Made by a program: the position numbers and the translations under genes. DNA of 55,272 nt, counting the filler, from Blastocystis sp. subtype 4 (lineage: Eukaryota), in NCBI RefSeq assembly GCF_000743755.1. It is 2 parts of 2 records of this genome, joined end to end, with 100 filler letters (N's around TTAATTAATTAA, not from the genome) between each part and the next. Parts side by side here need not be neighbours in the genome. Positions count along the whole stretch, not along the records: positions 1 to 27,577 come from NW_014569407.1; 1 more part is not named here. The stretch is one strand, 5' to 3'. The notes beneath the pieces are model-generated. The model worked only from the letters and a program-made list of their open reading frames with translations, did not search any database and was not told where the DNA came from. Of the stretch, positions 12,801 through 25,400 are shown one piece after another; positions within the stretch are counted from its first letter, which is position 1, and every line of letters starts with the position of its first letter.

Positions 12801-14320
12801 ATCAATATACCTACATCCCATTACTTCAATCCTTACTTCTGTTTCAAAGTGATATTGTTGAAAGTCCATCTGAATAGTAACCATGGATGAAGTCACTTCA
12901 CAAGTAGGGTATCCACTGATCGTTCCATCACGTGGATCCAGTGATAATCCCTGAGGAAGTGGTTTGAGTGAAGAGAAGGAGATTGATGCTTGATCAAGAT
13001 TCTGACTTGGACTAAGTGCCTGGAGAAGCTTATCATCAACCAGAGGCTCAGTTGTATAAAACTTGTTCATTCTGCATGTCGTCATAGGATCAGGATACGA
13101 AAAAACTGAATTGAGTGGAAAGAACAATACACTGGATGGAATGTATTCAAACTGACTTCTATTGGGTTGCTTCCACTGAAGATGCAAAGATCGTAATTTA
13201 CGACATTGGGACAACCATTGAATTTGGAATGATACTAATCCTGCTGAATGAACGTAATGTGTTTGAAGAGAATCCAGATACGTTCGGGAAAGAGAATGAG
13301 GAATCAACCACGAACTAATTACTAATTCACCATCCACGTAGATTCGAAATGAATTACATTCCTAACTATCATATATTCACCTTTTCCTACCTCATCTTCC
13401 TCTGATTCAAACACAGTACGAAAAGTGTAGAATCCAGGATTAGGAGCCACAAGGAATCCAGTAAATGTTGAATACATAAATTCAATTGAATACACACTCA
13501 GACTGTAGAATTGGGAGGTTAAGTCAATACTAGTACTATTCATAGTTTCGAGTACTGAAACCTTCTTCATGGAGATAGCCTCTTTTGGAATAGAAGGAAG
13601 ATAACGAATTGTGTCCTTGTACTTATCTTTCACTTCATAGTATTTGCTACGCAATCCCTTTTGAAGTGAAGCTACAGATCAATCTATTCCATCAAAGTTA
13701 CGTGTAAAATACAAGTGAATCACATTCTTCACTGTTCCAAAAGGATTTGTCCCTTGAACCAAATAATCTTGCTTTCCGAAACTGTTACCTTTGTATGTTC
13801 CTCCTAAACAGTTTCGCTTCATATCGAAAGCGAGATCTTGTGACAATTCAGGTGAAATACTAAACGAATCAAATACTGTATTTCCAATAATGCGAACACA
13901 GTCAACAAATAAGTCTTTTACAATAACTGTGACATTCGTTTCGAGCGAAAGCGTTGTCGGAACATCGTAGACTACAACTCAATGACTCCATCATTGCCGT
14001 ACTTCCGAGAAGCAAAGCGAATGGACTCTGAACATCTTTTTGTGATGACACTGTATACTGTTGCCAGCTACTTCCATTCATTGGAACTCCAGATAAACAA
14101 TTATCTACAAAAACTAGACCTGCAGGAAGAGAAGGAGAGAGAGTTAGAGATGAGTTAAAATCATCCCAACAACACAAGTTTTGCATAACCTCTCCTTTTG
14201 AAAGAAGCAGACTGTTTTTGGTGCACTCAACGGTAAGAACTCCGCATACTATTGATCAGTTGGAAAACCACAAAGACTACATAAAAAACTCAGAGTAAGC
14301 ACGAAACAAATGGTTTTCAT
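9805..14320 (-). CDS. Secreted/type I membrane protein with putative Ig (He_PIG-like) repeats, PA14-like and galactose-binding-like domains (could be two genes)
   Basis: Signal-like MKTICFVLTLSFL; LPAGLVF..LSGVP, LPQGLSLDPRDGTISGYPT and LPRYLSIDSRTGCIHG motifs; FTGFLVAPNPGFYTF (PA14-like); C-terminal TM VIVVIIPIVCLLIVCICVTIVW-KRK. Confidence 0.7.
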
Positions 14321-14473
14321 CGTGATCCTCTTGTGTTCACGAAGAAAAATGAATGATCAAAATGTCTCTGTTTTCTGTCGTTTGGCACACTATTAGAACA
14401 CAAAACCTCTGTGTCATAACAAAAAAGAAAAAAAGAAAATATGATAAATAGTACAGAAAAAGACGATACTGGA

Positions 14474-17000
14474 TTAGAAACGACTCCAATCACCTGAAGA
14501 ACCACGTTCTCGTTTAACCCTCTCTGAATTTGGAAGCATTACTATTAAACTCATATCCACACTCTATATCTTACATTTCAAGTCAACCTCCTCAGGTTCA
14601 GCAAACACAATCTCAGGAGTGATTCCCTAGAATTCAACAGCACTATCAGGTTCTACCGAACAAAAAGACTCATAGTACTGCCTCCGCACTAACAATGCAA
14701 GGTTGTCTCCTTCATACCAGTGAAGAGAAGGATCTTCATGTTCTGATAATACCAGCTTCTGAAGTACTTCCAAATTTCGTGGTTTTGGAGTGTTGCTGAC
14801 GTCAGAACGAGGCTGTTCTGGTCTTGGAACAGTAGGTAGGTTCGACGGGAGTCGAGGTGGCTCTGTGACTGGTGGCTTTGATGAGGATGAGTCGGTTGGC
14901 GACTCCATCTCCCGCTTCACGGATATAGGAAGCTGGGTTGCAGTCACTGGTACACGACGTGGGCCCAGAGGGAGGGGGCGTTGTTTCGATTCTTCCTCTG
15001 GGAGCGAAGGTTGAGATTGTGAAGAGGCCTGGGGTTGCGAAGGAGTGGATTGCAATTGTGATGGAGACGGTTGAGACTGTGAAGAGGGTTGTAGTTGCAA
15101 AGAAGAAGACTGAGGTTGTAATGAAGAAGACTGAGGTTGTGAAGTGGACTGTGGCTGTGATGGAGATGGTTGAGGTTTGGTTGAGACTTGTGATGGAAGT
15201 GTTTGTGTTGGCAACTGTACTGGAGAGGGTTGAGATAGTGCTGGAATCTGTTTAGACACAGATTCCTGAGGAGTGGTAGTCACAGGGAGAACTGATGAGA
15301 AGGGATGAGATAGAGGAGGAGACGTAGTGACAGGATGTGCCTTTAACGATCCTGAAGAAGTTTTCATCAACTTTCGTTTCTTAGCAGTTGGAGATGATAC
15401 AATACTCACAAAGGATCGTTCTGTAGGCAGCTCACTTACGTTCAGTGCAGGCATATTCAGATCCACATCCAATGTTGTCTCCTTCACTACTGTGAGAGCA
15501 GCTAAGTCAGTTAGCACTCGTGAAGCTACACCCAGATGAGGTGTTGTCAGAGGATGAGATTGATGGAAGGATGTCTCCAACTTGCTTGGAGTACTGAGGA
15601 AACTCTGTTGGAGCTTCTCTTCCTTCCGTCGCTTCGAGGCCTCGGTTCGCTTCTTCATATCTTCGACTCGCTGGAGTAGTTCCTGAGTCTTACTCTGAAT
15701 CTTATCCTCATAGCTTATGCGAGCCATGCTTCTCTCTGTCTCCCGTGGTGGTTGTATTTCATGAGGAGAAGGGTCCGTTGGGAGATGTACTGTAGATGTG
15801 GATACAGGAAGAGTAGCAGCTGTTGGAACCGAGAGAGGGACTGGAGGAGTATTCTTTGGAGGAGTTGATGTAGAGACTAGAAGAGTCGGAGCTGAGCGAA
15901 CAGGAGTAGTGTCCTTAGTAGGAGTTGAAGGAACAGGAACTGAAGGAATGGAAACATCATTCTTTGAAGGAGTGGTAGCTGCTGGAACAGGAATAGCAGT
16001 CTTTGTTGGAGTTGAAATAACAGAATTATTTGAAGGAGTTGAAGGAACTGCATGTTCTGGTACTGTTATAGCTACAGGATTCTTGGGATCAGGAATCGAT
16101 TCTGAAGGAGTGGAGGTTCCTAGAGGAACAGGAGAGGAAACAATAGGCGTTTGGATTTTCGATACATGAACCTTAGGTGGAGTAATCACAGGTGATGGAA
16201 CTCTGGGTGATGTCAAGGGCTTCTTTGGGGTCATAATCACTTTCATGGTAACAGGTGATTTCACTGGGAACTTAACAGGCGACTTTACTGGAGTTGCTAG
16301 TACTCCTGAAGTCACATTCTTGCCATCACTAGGTGACACCTTCATACACAAATTCTCATCACGAATTGCATCAATCCGCTCTCGTTCCTTCTCTTCTATG
16401 GCCTCCAGTTCCATTTTTGCAGATTGTTGCTCTTTCCATTCATTATACTACAATTGATATGAACCAAATCACCTACAAGTCGTCGGTGCTCCTTTTCGGC
16501 GAGTTGTCTCACCAAATCCTTCTTTAGGCCACGAGGTTTCAATCCAACCTTCCGAAGTTCCGCTTTCAGATCTGCAACGGTTAACTTACGATACCGTACA
16601 ATCAAATCATCAATACTTCTATATCTCATTTCCCTCCCATATCAAGACTCTCCATTGTATTCATCCAATTCATCCGCATGAACGATATGATCTTCCAAAG
16701 CCTCAGGAGGCGTATTTGTTACCTATCTATCAAACAAATACATTATCCAAATACACCAATCACCACATCATAGGATTCAATAACCGGAGATGTAAGAACG
16801 CGCTTCGTTGACAACTATGAGATCATTTCAAAGCTCATATTCCATACACATTCTTTTAACCACTTTGAAACTGTTGTATATCGCTGATCAATACTCAAAT
16901 TGATCTGACAAACAGCAGTCTGAGAATAACACTTGCAATGCAATCTTACACTAAATAAACTCTCAATTGCTACGAGATTAGTGGTGGTCTCCTGGTCCAT
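14474..17000 (-). CDS. INCENP: INCENP-like chromosomal passenger protein with SAP domain and Pro/Ser/Thr-rich linker
   Basis: Spliced C-terminus HWYEGDNLALLVRRQYYE..TPEIVFAEPEEVDLK..RERGSSGDWSRF* resembles the Aurora-B-binding IN-box; SAP motif LTVADLKAELRKVGLKPRGLKKDLVRQL; many S/T-P-x-K sites. Confidence 0.65.
15009..15186 (-). repeat. Degenerate coding tandem repeat (QPQSSSL / QPSPSQ-like units)
   Basis: Recurrent GAAGAAGACTGAGGTTGT and GGTTGAGA(T/C)TGTGA units inside the INCENP-like ORF. Confidence 0.7.
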
Positions 17001-17128
17001 CCAATAATCACTTCAAAACAGCTACAATTGCCTCTTTTCTTTATCATGGAAAAACCGCGATAATATCATTCAATTTGTATCTACTCAACAAACAACAAAT
17101 ACCCCATAGAATACAATTAAAAGTCAAT

Positions 17129-17692
17129 TTAGTTCTTGAACTCGAACTTGATGGTCTTGCTAGTAAGCTTCTTGTAGATGGTAGAAAGAGCACCTAGTTT
17201 GTTCTCCACATCCTGCTGTCCCTGATTTCCCAAGAACACCTTGATGTAGTTTCCGTCAGTACAAGAGATGTGAGTGTGCTTTCCAACACATTCGCAAGGA
17301 TACACCAGATCGTCAATGATGGCCTCATGAACAGCAGTCAGAGTGTAAGCATGAGGACGCACACCGTTGAACTTATGAGCACGACGGTAGCTCTTTCCGA
17401 GGATAGTTCTCTGAGCAATGAACACAACAGGACGACCCTCAAACTTCTTCTCCAACTCGGTAGTCAAACGAGACTGGATCATACGGAAAGCCTTGAACAG
17501 CTTGTAAGGAACGAACACAACTATAGCCTTTTTGTCTCCCTCAATCTCCACCTCCTTAGCAGCAGTCATCTTGAACGTCTTCAGAGGCTCAGCAAGATCC
17601 TTAGTCTTCTTGGCAATCTCAGCAATCTCATTGGCAACAGCAATTTCGAAGTCATTGGCCTTGACGCCTTCGGGCTTAACAATCATCTCCAT
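17129..17692 (-). CDS. RPS7: 40S ribosomal protein S7 (eS7), intronless
   Basis: KAIVVFVP..IQSRLTTELEKKFEGRPVVFIAQRTIL..RPHAYTLTAVHEAIIDDLVYP; start likely at MEMIVKP (17692). Confidence 0.95.
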   Translation of the reverse strand: MEMIVKPEGVKANDFEIAVANEIAEIAKKTKDLAEPLKTFKMTAAKEVEIEGDKKAIVVFVPYKLFKAFRMIQSRLTTELEKKFEGRPVVFIAQRTILGKSYRRAHKFNGVRPHAYTLTAVHEAIIDDLVYPCECVGKHTHISCTDGNYIKVFLGNQGQQDVENKLGALSTIYKKLTSKTIKFEFKN

Positions 17693-17906
17693 AGTATCGA
17701 AAGTGAAATAAGAATTAGAATGATTATTAACATCAGGAACCACAAATCGTATGACCACATTATTTCTCATTAGGGTCTTTTGTAGAGTCTATTCCAATTC
17801 TAGTATTTCAATTCTCTATAATTCCTGTATTTGAATTAGCATCTGACAAGTTATATTTGTATGAATTCAGTGTATAACAAACAAAAGAACCTCAACTCAT
17901 ATCTGA

Positions 17907-18570
17907 TTATTGTTTTGGAACATGGACAGTGCGAACTGGCTCAAAAGTATGATCAACAAGGAAGCCAACAGTTGGTTGAATCTGATAATGCACAGCAACT
18001 TTCAGATCCTTTCCACTACATTTCACATACTGTTTCCTTCCTTACCGAATACTCTTATCTTCATTGAATAATACATACATATTTTCGATTGTTTCATCCA
18101 GTTTACAGTCCTCCTTTCGCATTATTACCTTATCCCACATGATCATGTCATGATTCTCCTAACCATCATAACTCACTTCGATTCATACTCTATCACCATC
18201 AAAACTTACCACTATATACGCATAAATGCTTCTTGTATTGTAATTCCAATCTTTCGTCAAATCTGTACTTCAATCACTTTCTACATTACTTACCATATGC
18301 TAAATTCATAGAAATATATGGAAACAAGAAGTGATCCCGTTTATCCACAAGCCTATCCATTATCCCTTTCCCCAAAGAATAACACACATTTCATCGATTG
18401 TCACATTATCAAATCGAATGAGTTCTCCGCGAAGAGGAGTAGCAACCTTTCTACACTCATCACGACGACTTTGTCAATGCTCACATCAATCCATATAGAA
18501 CTCCAACTGCAGCAAGAGAATACACTGTAGTAAAAAACACAGTATTAATACGGGCGTAGTAGCTGTGCAT
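17907..18570 (-). CDS. SPCS3: Signal peptidase complex subunit 3 (SPC22/23), not represented in the ORF track
   Basis: N-terminus MHSYYARINTVFFTTVYSLAAVGVL, internal HDMIMWDK and C-terminal KDLKVAVHYQIQPTVGFLV..VPKQ* match SPC3 family motifs. Confidence 0.75.
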
Positions 18571-18588
18571 GAGAATACAATGAAACTT

Positions 18589-18596
18589 AACAAACA
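18589..18596 (-). promoter_or_regulatory. TGTTTGTT polyadenylation element (APC8)
   Basis: 4 nt after in-frame T18601. Confidence 0.8.
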
Positions 18597-18600
18597 TAAA

Positions 18601-20365
18601 ATAAGATACAATCCATCAACTTACGAGCTTCACGTTGTGCTCCTTCATCATTTGCCGATAACAAAAGTTCACACATCACCTTCATTTCATCAAATTGTTT
18701 TCTCTGTTTATAGTAGTTACAGAGTGCAATTGCGCAACGATATGACTCTTCATCACAAATCACATTCTTCTTCTTTTTCAAATATCGTTTATAATAATAA
18801 GCGCTCTTCAGTTCATCCTTCGTAGAGTACAAATCTCCCAATCTCCGACTGCAAATCCCCTCTTGGTCTCCCAGACTCTCAGCAAGCAAATAACACTGTT
18901 CTGCTTTGTCTACATCATTCATTGCTAAATATACCTCCCCCATGGCAACACGCAAATGAGGATCATAAGGTCGCAACTCACATGCACGTTGATACTCCTC
19001 GAGACTATTACTAGGAGATTGGAGTAACTCATATAGTAATCCCATGTGATAGTGACAAGTAGAATCGGTCTCATCAAAATGAAGGGCTTGTTGAAATGAC
19101 TGAAATGCAAGTGTGGTTTGACCCGTTTCTAAATACAATTGGCCTAATAGATTCCATGCTTGAGAATGCTTGGGATGCAGAAGGAGACAAGAGTGATAAC
19201 AATTAATCGCATCAGAATAAGAATGGTTGAAATGGAGAAGAACGGCAGAGATAAAGAAACATGTTGATGTCTTTGGGATAGCATGGTTTGCTTGATGTAC
19301 CAACAGAGACAATTCTGTGTTATTCTTCAGAGTATAAAGTACAATAGCCATCAATTCACCCACTTCAGGATGAAATACTGGTGACAAAGAAATGGATTGC
19401 AGAATCGCAAGAGAATCAGTTAATTCTTCCTATCATTTGTTCCAATAACTCGTACTTGCATCATGAAAGAGAAGAAGGGATTGCTGATATCGTAAGAACC
19501 ACCAAGAAGGAATCGCCATTTCTAGTTCCTGAAGAACTGTGTCTGGGAATTCTGACTACGTGTCATGATTCAGTTGAATACACACTCCTTTTCGTTTGTT
19601 TGTTACAGCAAGCCAGAATAGTTGACGAAAAATAGTATCATGTGTCTTTGAAAGAACAAAAAGAAGATTGGAACGCGTTTTAACAAGAGAGACCAATTCC
19701 ATCCAAGCTCCCCAAAAGAAAGCAAAACTAGAAGTCACACTAATCATAGTGAACAACTCTTTGACTGATTTAACGAAGAATTGAAGAGACTGGGTGACAT
19801 CATAAGTTTTCACACACAATCCAAGAAGATAGTTACAAAATGAGTCTAGAGAGTTGTGAAGTCGTAATCTGGATTCTATTACAACGACATCCTTCTTTTC
19901 TAGACTTGGATATGGTTCCCGTGGATTCTGAACTAACTTCTCGTAGTAATTGACTAATTTCACTTCTTGACAAGACTATTCATTAGAAATCGAGAGAGAT
20001 CTTACCATATACTTACTATAACCCCAGAGAAACAGAAACGATAAATTGCTATCAAAGTGATCAATTTGTTCAATCGTTCTTGCTGCTTCATCAAAGTGAT
20101 TACTTAGAAATAGATTTCGAGCTAATGTATACTCTGATGACAGGTTCTCTAGAATAATAAGTAGTACAAACAATTCACTTGGATATCGCTCGAACAAGAA
20201 ATCCGAATTTGGAATAACTCTGAGTTTTGATAAATCAGCATGCATTTCAAAGTCGCTGAGCCTAGAAATGAGAGCTTTCCACCATCCTTATCAGTGTACT
20301 GACGACAACAAGCAACGATCTTGAAGGATAGAAATTGCTTGTTGAATCGACACTAAAAGACTCAT
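18601..20365 (-). CDS. CDC23: Anaphase-promoting complex subunit 8 / CDC23 (TPR)
   Basis: LQDRCLLSS, YTLARNLF..FLFLWGYSKY, LDSFCNYLLG, FWGAWMEL, AWNLLGQLYLE, RACELRPYDPH motifs; ends TTA-T|TTTA-TGTTTGTT. Confidence 0.85.
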
Positions 20366-20441
20366 ATCAACATTATGGATGAATCGTCATCTGGCGCATT
20401 TTCGGCTGATTGAAGAATCCCCTATTTTGATAATTCACTCT

Positions 20442-20449
20442 AACAAACA
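20442..20449 (-). promoter_or_regulatory. TGTTTGTT polyadenylation element (MORN-LRR)
   Basis: 4 nt after in-frame T20454. Confidence 0.8.
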
Positions 20450-20453
20450 AATA

Positions 20454-22378
20454 ACATAGAGGACATTCTAGAGTAGGAAGAACTCTGACGGATTAGTCGA
20501 GTCATCACATTCTGTCCACTGCTACGAAGACTGTGGACACCAGTAAAAGCATTTTGAAGTTCAATGGTCTGCAAGTTTGGCATATCTACTGAACATAACT
20601 TCAAGATACCTTCTACCATCCATACTAACAGAACCTATACAAGAAAAGCAGTTGTTACCAGAGGATATAAAAAAGCGCAATGAGGGAAGATCTGTTGATG
20701 AAAGAACGAGGGTACTTTACCTTGAAACTTGAAACTATTTCTATACAAATTGATATTACCATTCATTAAAGTGTGTTCTGGATCACCATAGAAGGCGGAG
20801 CTTCCCAGTATAATTGATGTGAGAGAAGGTAAATCTAAATTTGAAGGAAACACGCTTCCTTACTTTCAATAGTTCCTTTCTGGATGAATCCGAAACATCC
20901 CTTCCCAATCTCCAGCTGTTGGAGCTGAGGGAGATTATGCAGTTCAAACTCCGTACAATTCATAAAACAGTAAGAGTCTTGATACTGATCACCGATCACC
21001 AGCTTTCTTAATGAAGGCAGTTCTACGGGAATACTATATTATTTCACTTACTTGTGATATGAAGTTCTGAATATTCACAGAAACTCATTCTCCCTAGAAT
21101 TACCTCCGTTAGCTGGGGACAGTTCTCCAGCAGGAAGGACCGTCGTTCATTAGAGCGACTGATCTCTCCTCGAGAGAAACAAGAATCATCAATCTGGAGT
21201 GATTTCAGAAACTCCATGTGATGAATACGGAGTTGTTGACAATGAATGAAACATCCAGAATGAATATGAATGGATTCGAGAAATGGGAGAATAATGAAAT
21301 CGATCTCCGTCAATGACAGCTCATTACATGAGTATTCAGGAATCGATGCCACTGCAGCTGCATAAGGAAGTGGAGATCCATTAACAATGAGGGAGTCAAG
21401 TTCAATGGAAGAACGAGGTGATGAAGAGCATGTGACACTTGATATCGATTCACTGGAATTACTCAACGTAGTACTGGAGTATGAAGATAATAACTGCTCC
21501 AGTTCATCTCCAAGCACTTGATCTAACATATCCATCTCCTCTTCCTCTATTATCACATCTCTCCTCTCTTCTGACTGTTGAGTTGAATGTTGTACAATTG
21601 ACTGAACTGCTTTGTATCCATAGCCACTCCGTTGTGATTTCATGTCACAACCATACCAAACATGCTCTCCTAACCATCCTCTTTTCCATTCACCTTCAAA
21701 CTGAATGCTACCATTCTCGTTTAGAAGAGATCCCATTCCTTCAGGAAGATCATTTACCCAGTTCCCTTGATATCGCGGTTGATGATTCACATACCAGATC
21801 CCGAAGCCATTACGATGACCGTGCTGATAATTCCCCTTGAATACTAAATCACGGCCATTCACTTCCAATTCTTTTCCTTCTCCATGACGGACATAGTCAT
21901 GGGATTGAGTTTCTTCATATCCACCAATATAACGACGCGTTCCATTAGAATCAAGTTCAATTAATTGATTATCCTCGAAAAGTTTTGTGCACATAAAGAC
22001 TTCATCGTTAACATATTCAGAAACTGATGCAACTATCCCCTTTTTGTAGGTTGTTCCAATTCCGGACTTCAGTCCATTTTTAAAGAATCCACGAAACGAT
22101 AGAAATCCATCTTTATCATATAGTTCACACGGACCAGTAATATTTCCGTGATAATATGTAAACTTCGCTTGAACGACAGAGTAAGGATCGTAAACAACTG
22201 CCTCACCCTCACGAATACCTTTTTGGATGGTCATTCGCATTGTCCAGCCATTATGAGTTCCAAGAAACGAAACGACTCCGATTCCAGAAGATGAATCCTC
22301 CATTTGAATCGTTCCTTCGTCAAAAGAACTCATATAACCTTCGTCATTGCATTCAAATATGAACCGAATGTTGTTCAT
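20454..22378 (-). CDS. MORN-repeat plus LRR protein
   Basis: MORN-like FKGNYQHGHRNGFG, YQGNWVNDLPEGMG, FEGEWKRG followed by LPxLxSIxLGxxAF LRRs; ends ATG-T|TATT-TGTTTGTT. Confidence 0.8.
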
Positions 22379-22470
22379 ATAGAGTTTATTGTTTGACAGT
22401 TGTTTTCAATTTGGTAGATTTTTTGTCCTCTTGATTGACAATTATTGACTCTATTTTGAGGCCGCCAATA

Positions 22471-25400
22471 ATGATTTCTTCAATGAGGCAAGAGGACATT
22501 ATAGAGGAGCTTCTAAAATGTTCTTCACAATTAGAAAATGCGAATTTGAGTGAAGAAAACGAAGATAAGGTGATCCCTATTGGAGGATTGTTAAGAGTAG
22601 CTGAAAAGTTTGATTACTCAAATGAATCTCGTCAGTATTCGTGAGGTACTTCTGAAGGTATCGTCACTGTCGCAATTATCGATACTCTTCTCCACTATAT
22701 GTCAGAATTCAACGGTTGATACGAGCCAATTTGTTGCAATCAAAGCGGCAGTTGAAGTGTAATTGTTGAATGGGATTTAGTCTAGGTTTTATGCACCGTT
22801 AGTTTTAACGCAAATGGAAATCAGATTTCTGAACTTGTGCAGACCATTTGTATTGAGATTGACGATTTGACAGGAAATGAAGTGGCTATTATCCTTAATG
22901 TTTTCTCACAGTATTTTGACTTTGAAGGGAAACGAACTGCCGGAGTGATGGAGTAGGATTGTCTTTTGATGATAACTATGAGGGAGCAAACGAAATTAGT
23001 ATTGGATTTGCTTCCTAAACTCTTGACGATGTGTACTTCTACCACATACATTATCGACGCAGAGATTGATGGTGGAGGAATGAGTCTAGCAGATTATCGT
23101 GTCGAATTTGATATTATATCTCATTATAGACACGATACATCGATCGAATCATCGAGCGTGAGTGGTTTGATGAGTATCTCTGTTCCATTCTTTCATCGTT
23201 ACGAGAATGCAAAATTGACGATACTGCTGTGATCTCAATTGTTAATCGCATTAGTAGCCATTTGAACAAACTCAAAGATTCTCTTCTCTCTTCTGTGATC
23301 TATCAACTCCTTCTTCTCACTGATGAGGGTTGATCTTTATCGATCAATTGATGAATAGCTGTCTCTCGAGTTGTTCTTATCTCGATCATTATGAACATCC
23401 GAAAGAAGTGTAAGAATGAACAGCTCCCATCAGTCATCAACCAATTCGCTTTTGCTCTCAAGAATAGCAACATGCTCTCCAAAGTTTTTATCGAGTTAAT
23501 GAAGAGTACCATTATTCAACCCAATCCTATTTCCCTGTTAATTCTGCTGGCTCTTACTGTTGTTGACGTAAGATTAGATTCTTTCTGTCATTCCAGAAAT
23601 ACCGTCAAACAATGTATTCATTGTTATTAAGCTGGTTACATGATGAATATACTTCATTCTCTCTCACTTGGAGCTATATGTGGTATGAGAATACAACGGA
23701 TGGAATCAGTGCCTTGTTTCCTTCTGTTATTGAGATTGTGGAGAATGGGTATTTGGAAGGAGGACAACAATTACTTGACTTTTGTGAATATGTGTGTCGA
23801 TGGAATGGGAAATGTGAAGGTGAGAATTGAGAACTGAAATAAGTAATAGCTCGCGAACGTGATTGGTTGAATGAGCTAGTAGTGACTGTAATGCTAACTC
23901 TGTTTAATCGAGTTCCAGCTTCGCGTATGACAATCTTGAACGAGATTGTGAATGAAGTCAGTGTTTAGGGATGGACTGAGAAGTAGCTCTCTCGACATGA
24001 AGTACATGCTCTGTTCTTCAAATTACTCTCTGCTCTCTGTCGTTGCTATACTTCCTTCATTATCGCTAACATAACCACAATCAAAGTACTCTTGTCTGAG
24101 TCTATATGAGAATAGGTCCTTGTGAATCGGATCCCTCTGATGACGAGTGAGAATGTCCCTTCACTCATTCAGTGTTTGCATACTATCTTGCCATCACGAC
24201 CGGATTTGATGGATGTATTGATTATCTTGCTAAAGAAGGTATCTTTAGTTCCTTCTGTCTTGTCTAGTGTTGTTATCAATCTGATGAGAATGTTCGGATG
24301 TGTGGGATAGCTGGATTGGTTGAGCTTGTATGTAAAAGTACGCCACCATCATCAGATCTTTCAACTATCTCTCTAACACAATTAGGAATGCCTTCTCTGG
24401 AAGTTACACCGTAGATTCCAATCATTTCTCTTATTTTTAGTAACTCTCTTCCTCAAACAACAATTGAAGATGCAATGAATCTCATTCATCGATACAGTAA
24501 TACGACCACAGGTATTCATTCCTTCTCTCATGCTCGTTTCTATCGTCTTTTACTTCGACTATATCTTGAAGCCTCCATGTCACGTTCTCGGATTCTCCAG
24601 ATTTGCATAACCAAACTCCATTCCTTCGTTCCACAGTCTCCCTCTTCTTCTCTGAGTCAGCGTGTCCGCCTTGAAGAGTCGTGTGGAAATGGAGTAATTG
24701 TTCAACCTCTCCATCATTTGCTGGCAACAGTTGCTTTGATCCTCCATCCATCCTCTCAACCACGTGTGGCCTCTCAGAGAGATGAATCTCGCCTCCAGGA
24801 GTTGACTCTGGAGTTCAATCAGATCATCGAACAACTAATCCATACGGCTACAGAGGAATTTCAGTTAGATAAGAGTTCTTCCTTTGCTGTTAGTGAGAAT
24901 GAGGGGAGAACAAATCTATGTAAACGATTACTCCTTGTAAGTATGTATCTAACTGTGATCTATGTGCGAACCACGGGAATTCAGCGAATTCATCGGAAGA
25001 GTTCACCTGATGATGGAATGCGAGTGTTGATGGCAGGTCAGATAGTAATGGTTCTCAATAACATCACGGTAAGTGGATAGTTGTGTACTTGATTGGAAGA
25101 AGCTCAATCGATTGATAGGAGAGAAGACAAAGGATCCTTATTACAAGCAGATCACTGATGTGGCAACATTCAGACCTGCCTTACAAGGATTATTAGGGTT
25201 ACTAATTGAATGCGTATGAGATGAGAATAGTGTAAGATCTAGAGAGCAGAGGGAAGTGATAATGATTTTGTACGAGCTGTGGATGGGATTCTGGATGATA
25301 GTGGAATGATGGAATGGATTGTGGAGTGTTTGAAATGGAGTGTGAATGAATTTGAAATCTCTCCCTTGAAAGTGAGAGAAAACCGAGAATATTGTGAGTA

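Noticed and set aside
14790..16457. Plus-strand Gly/Val/Thr-rich ORFs
   Set aside because: Antisense shadows of the Pro/Ser/Thr-rich INCENP-like exon
17270..17773. 167-aa plus-strand ORF
   Set aside because: Antisense to RPS7; codon-bias artefact
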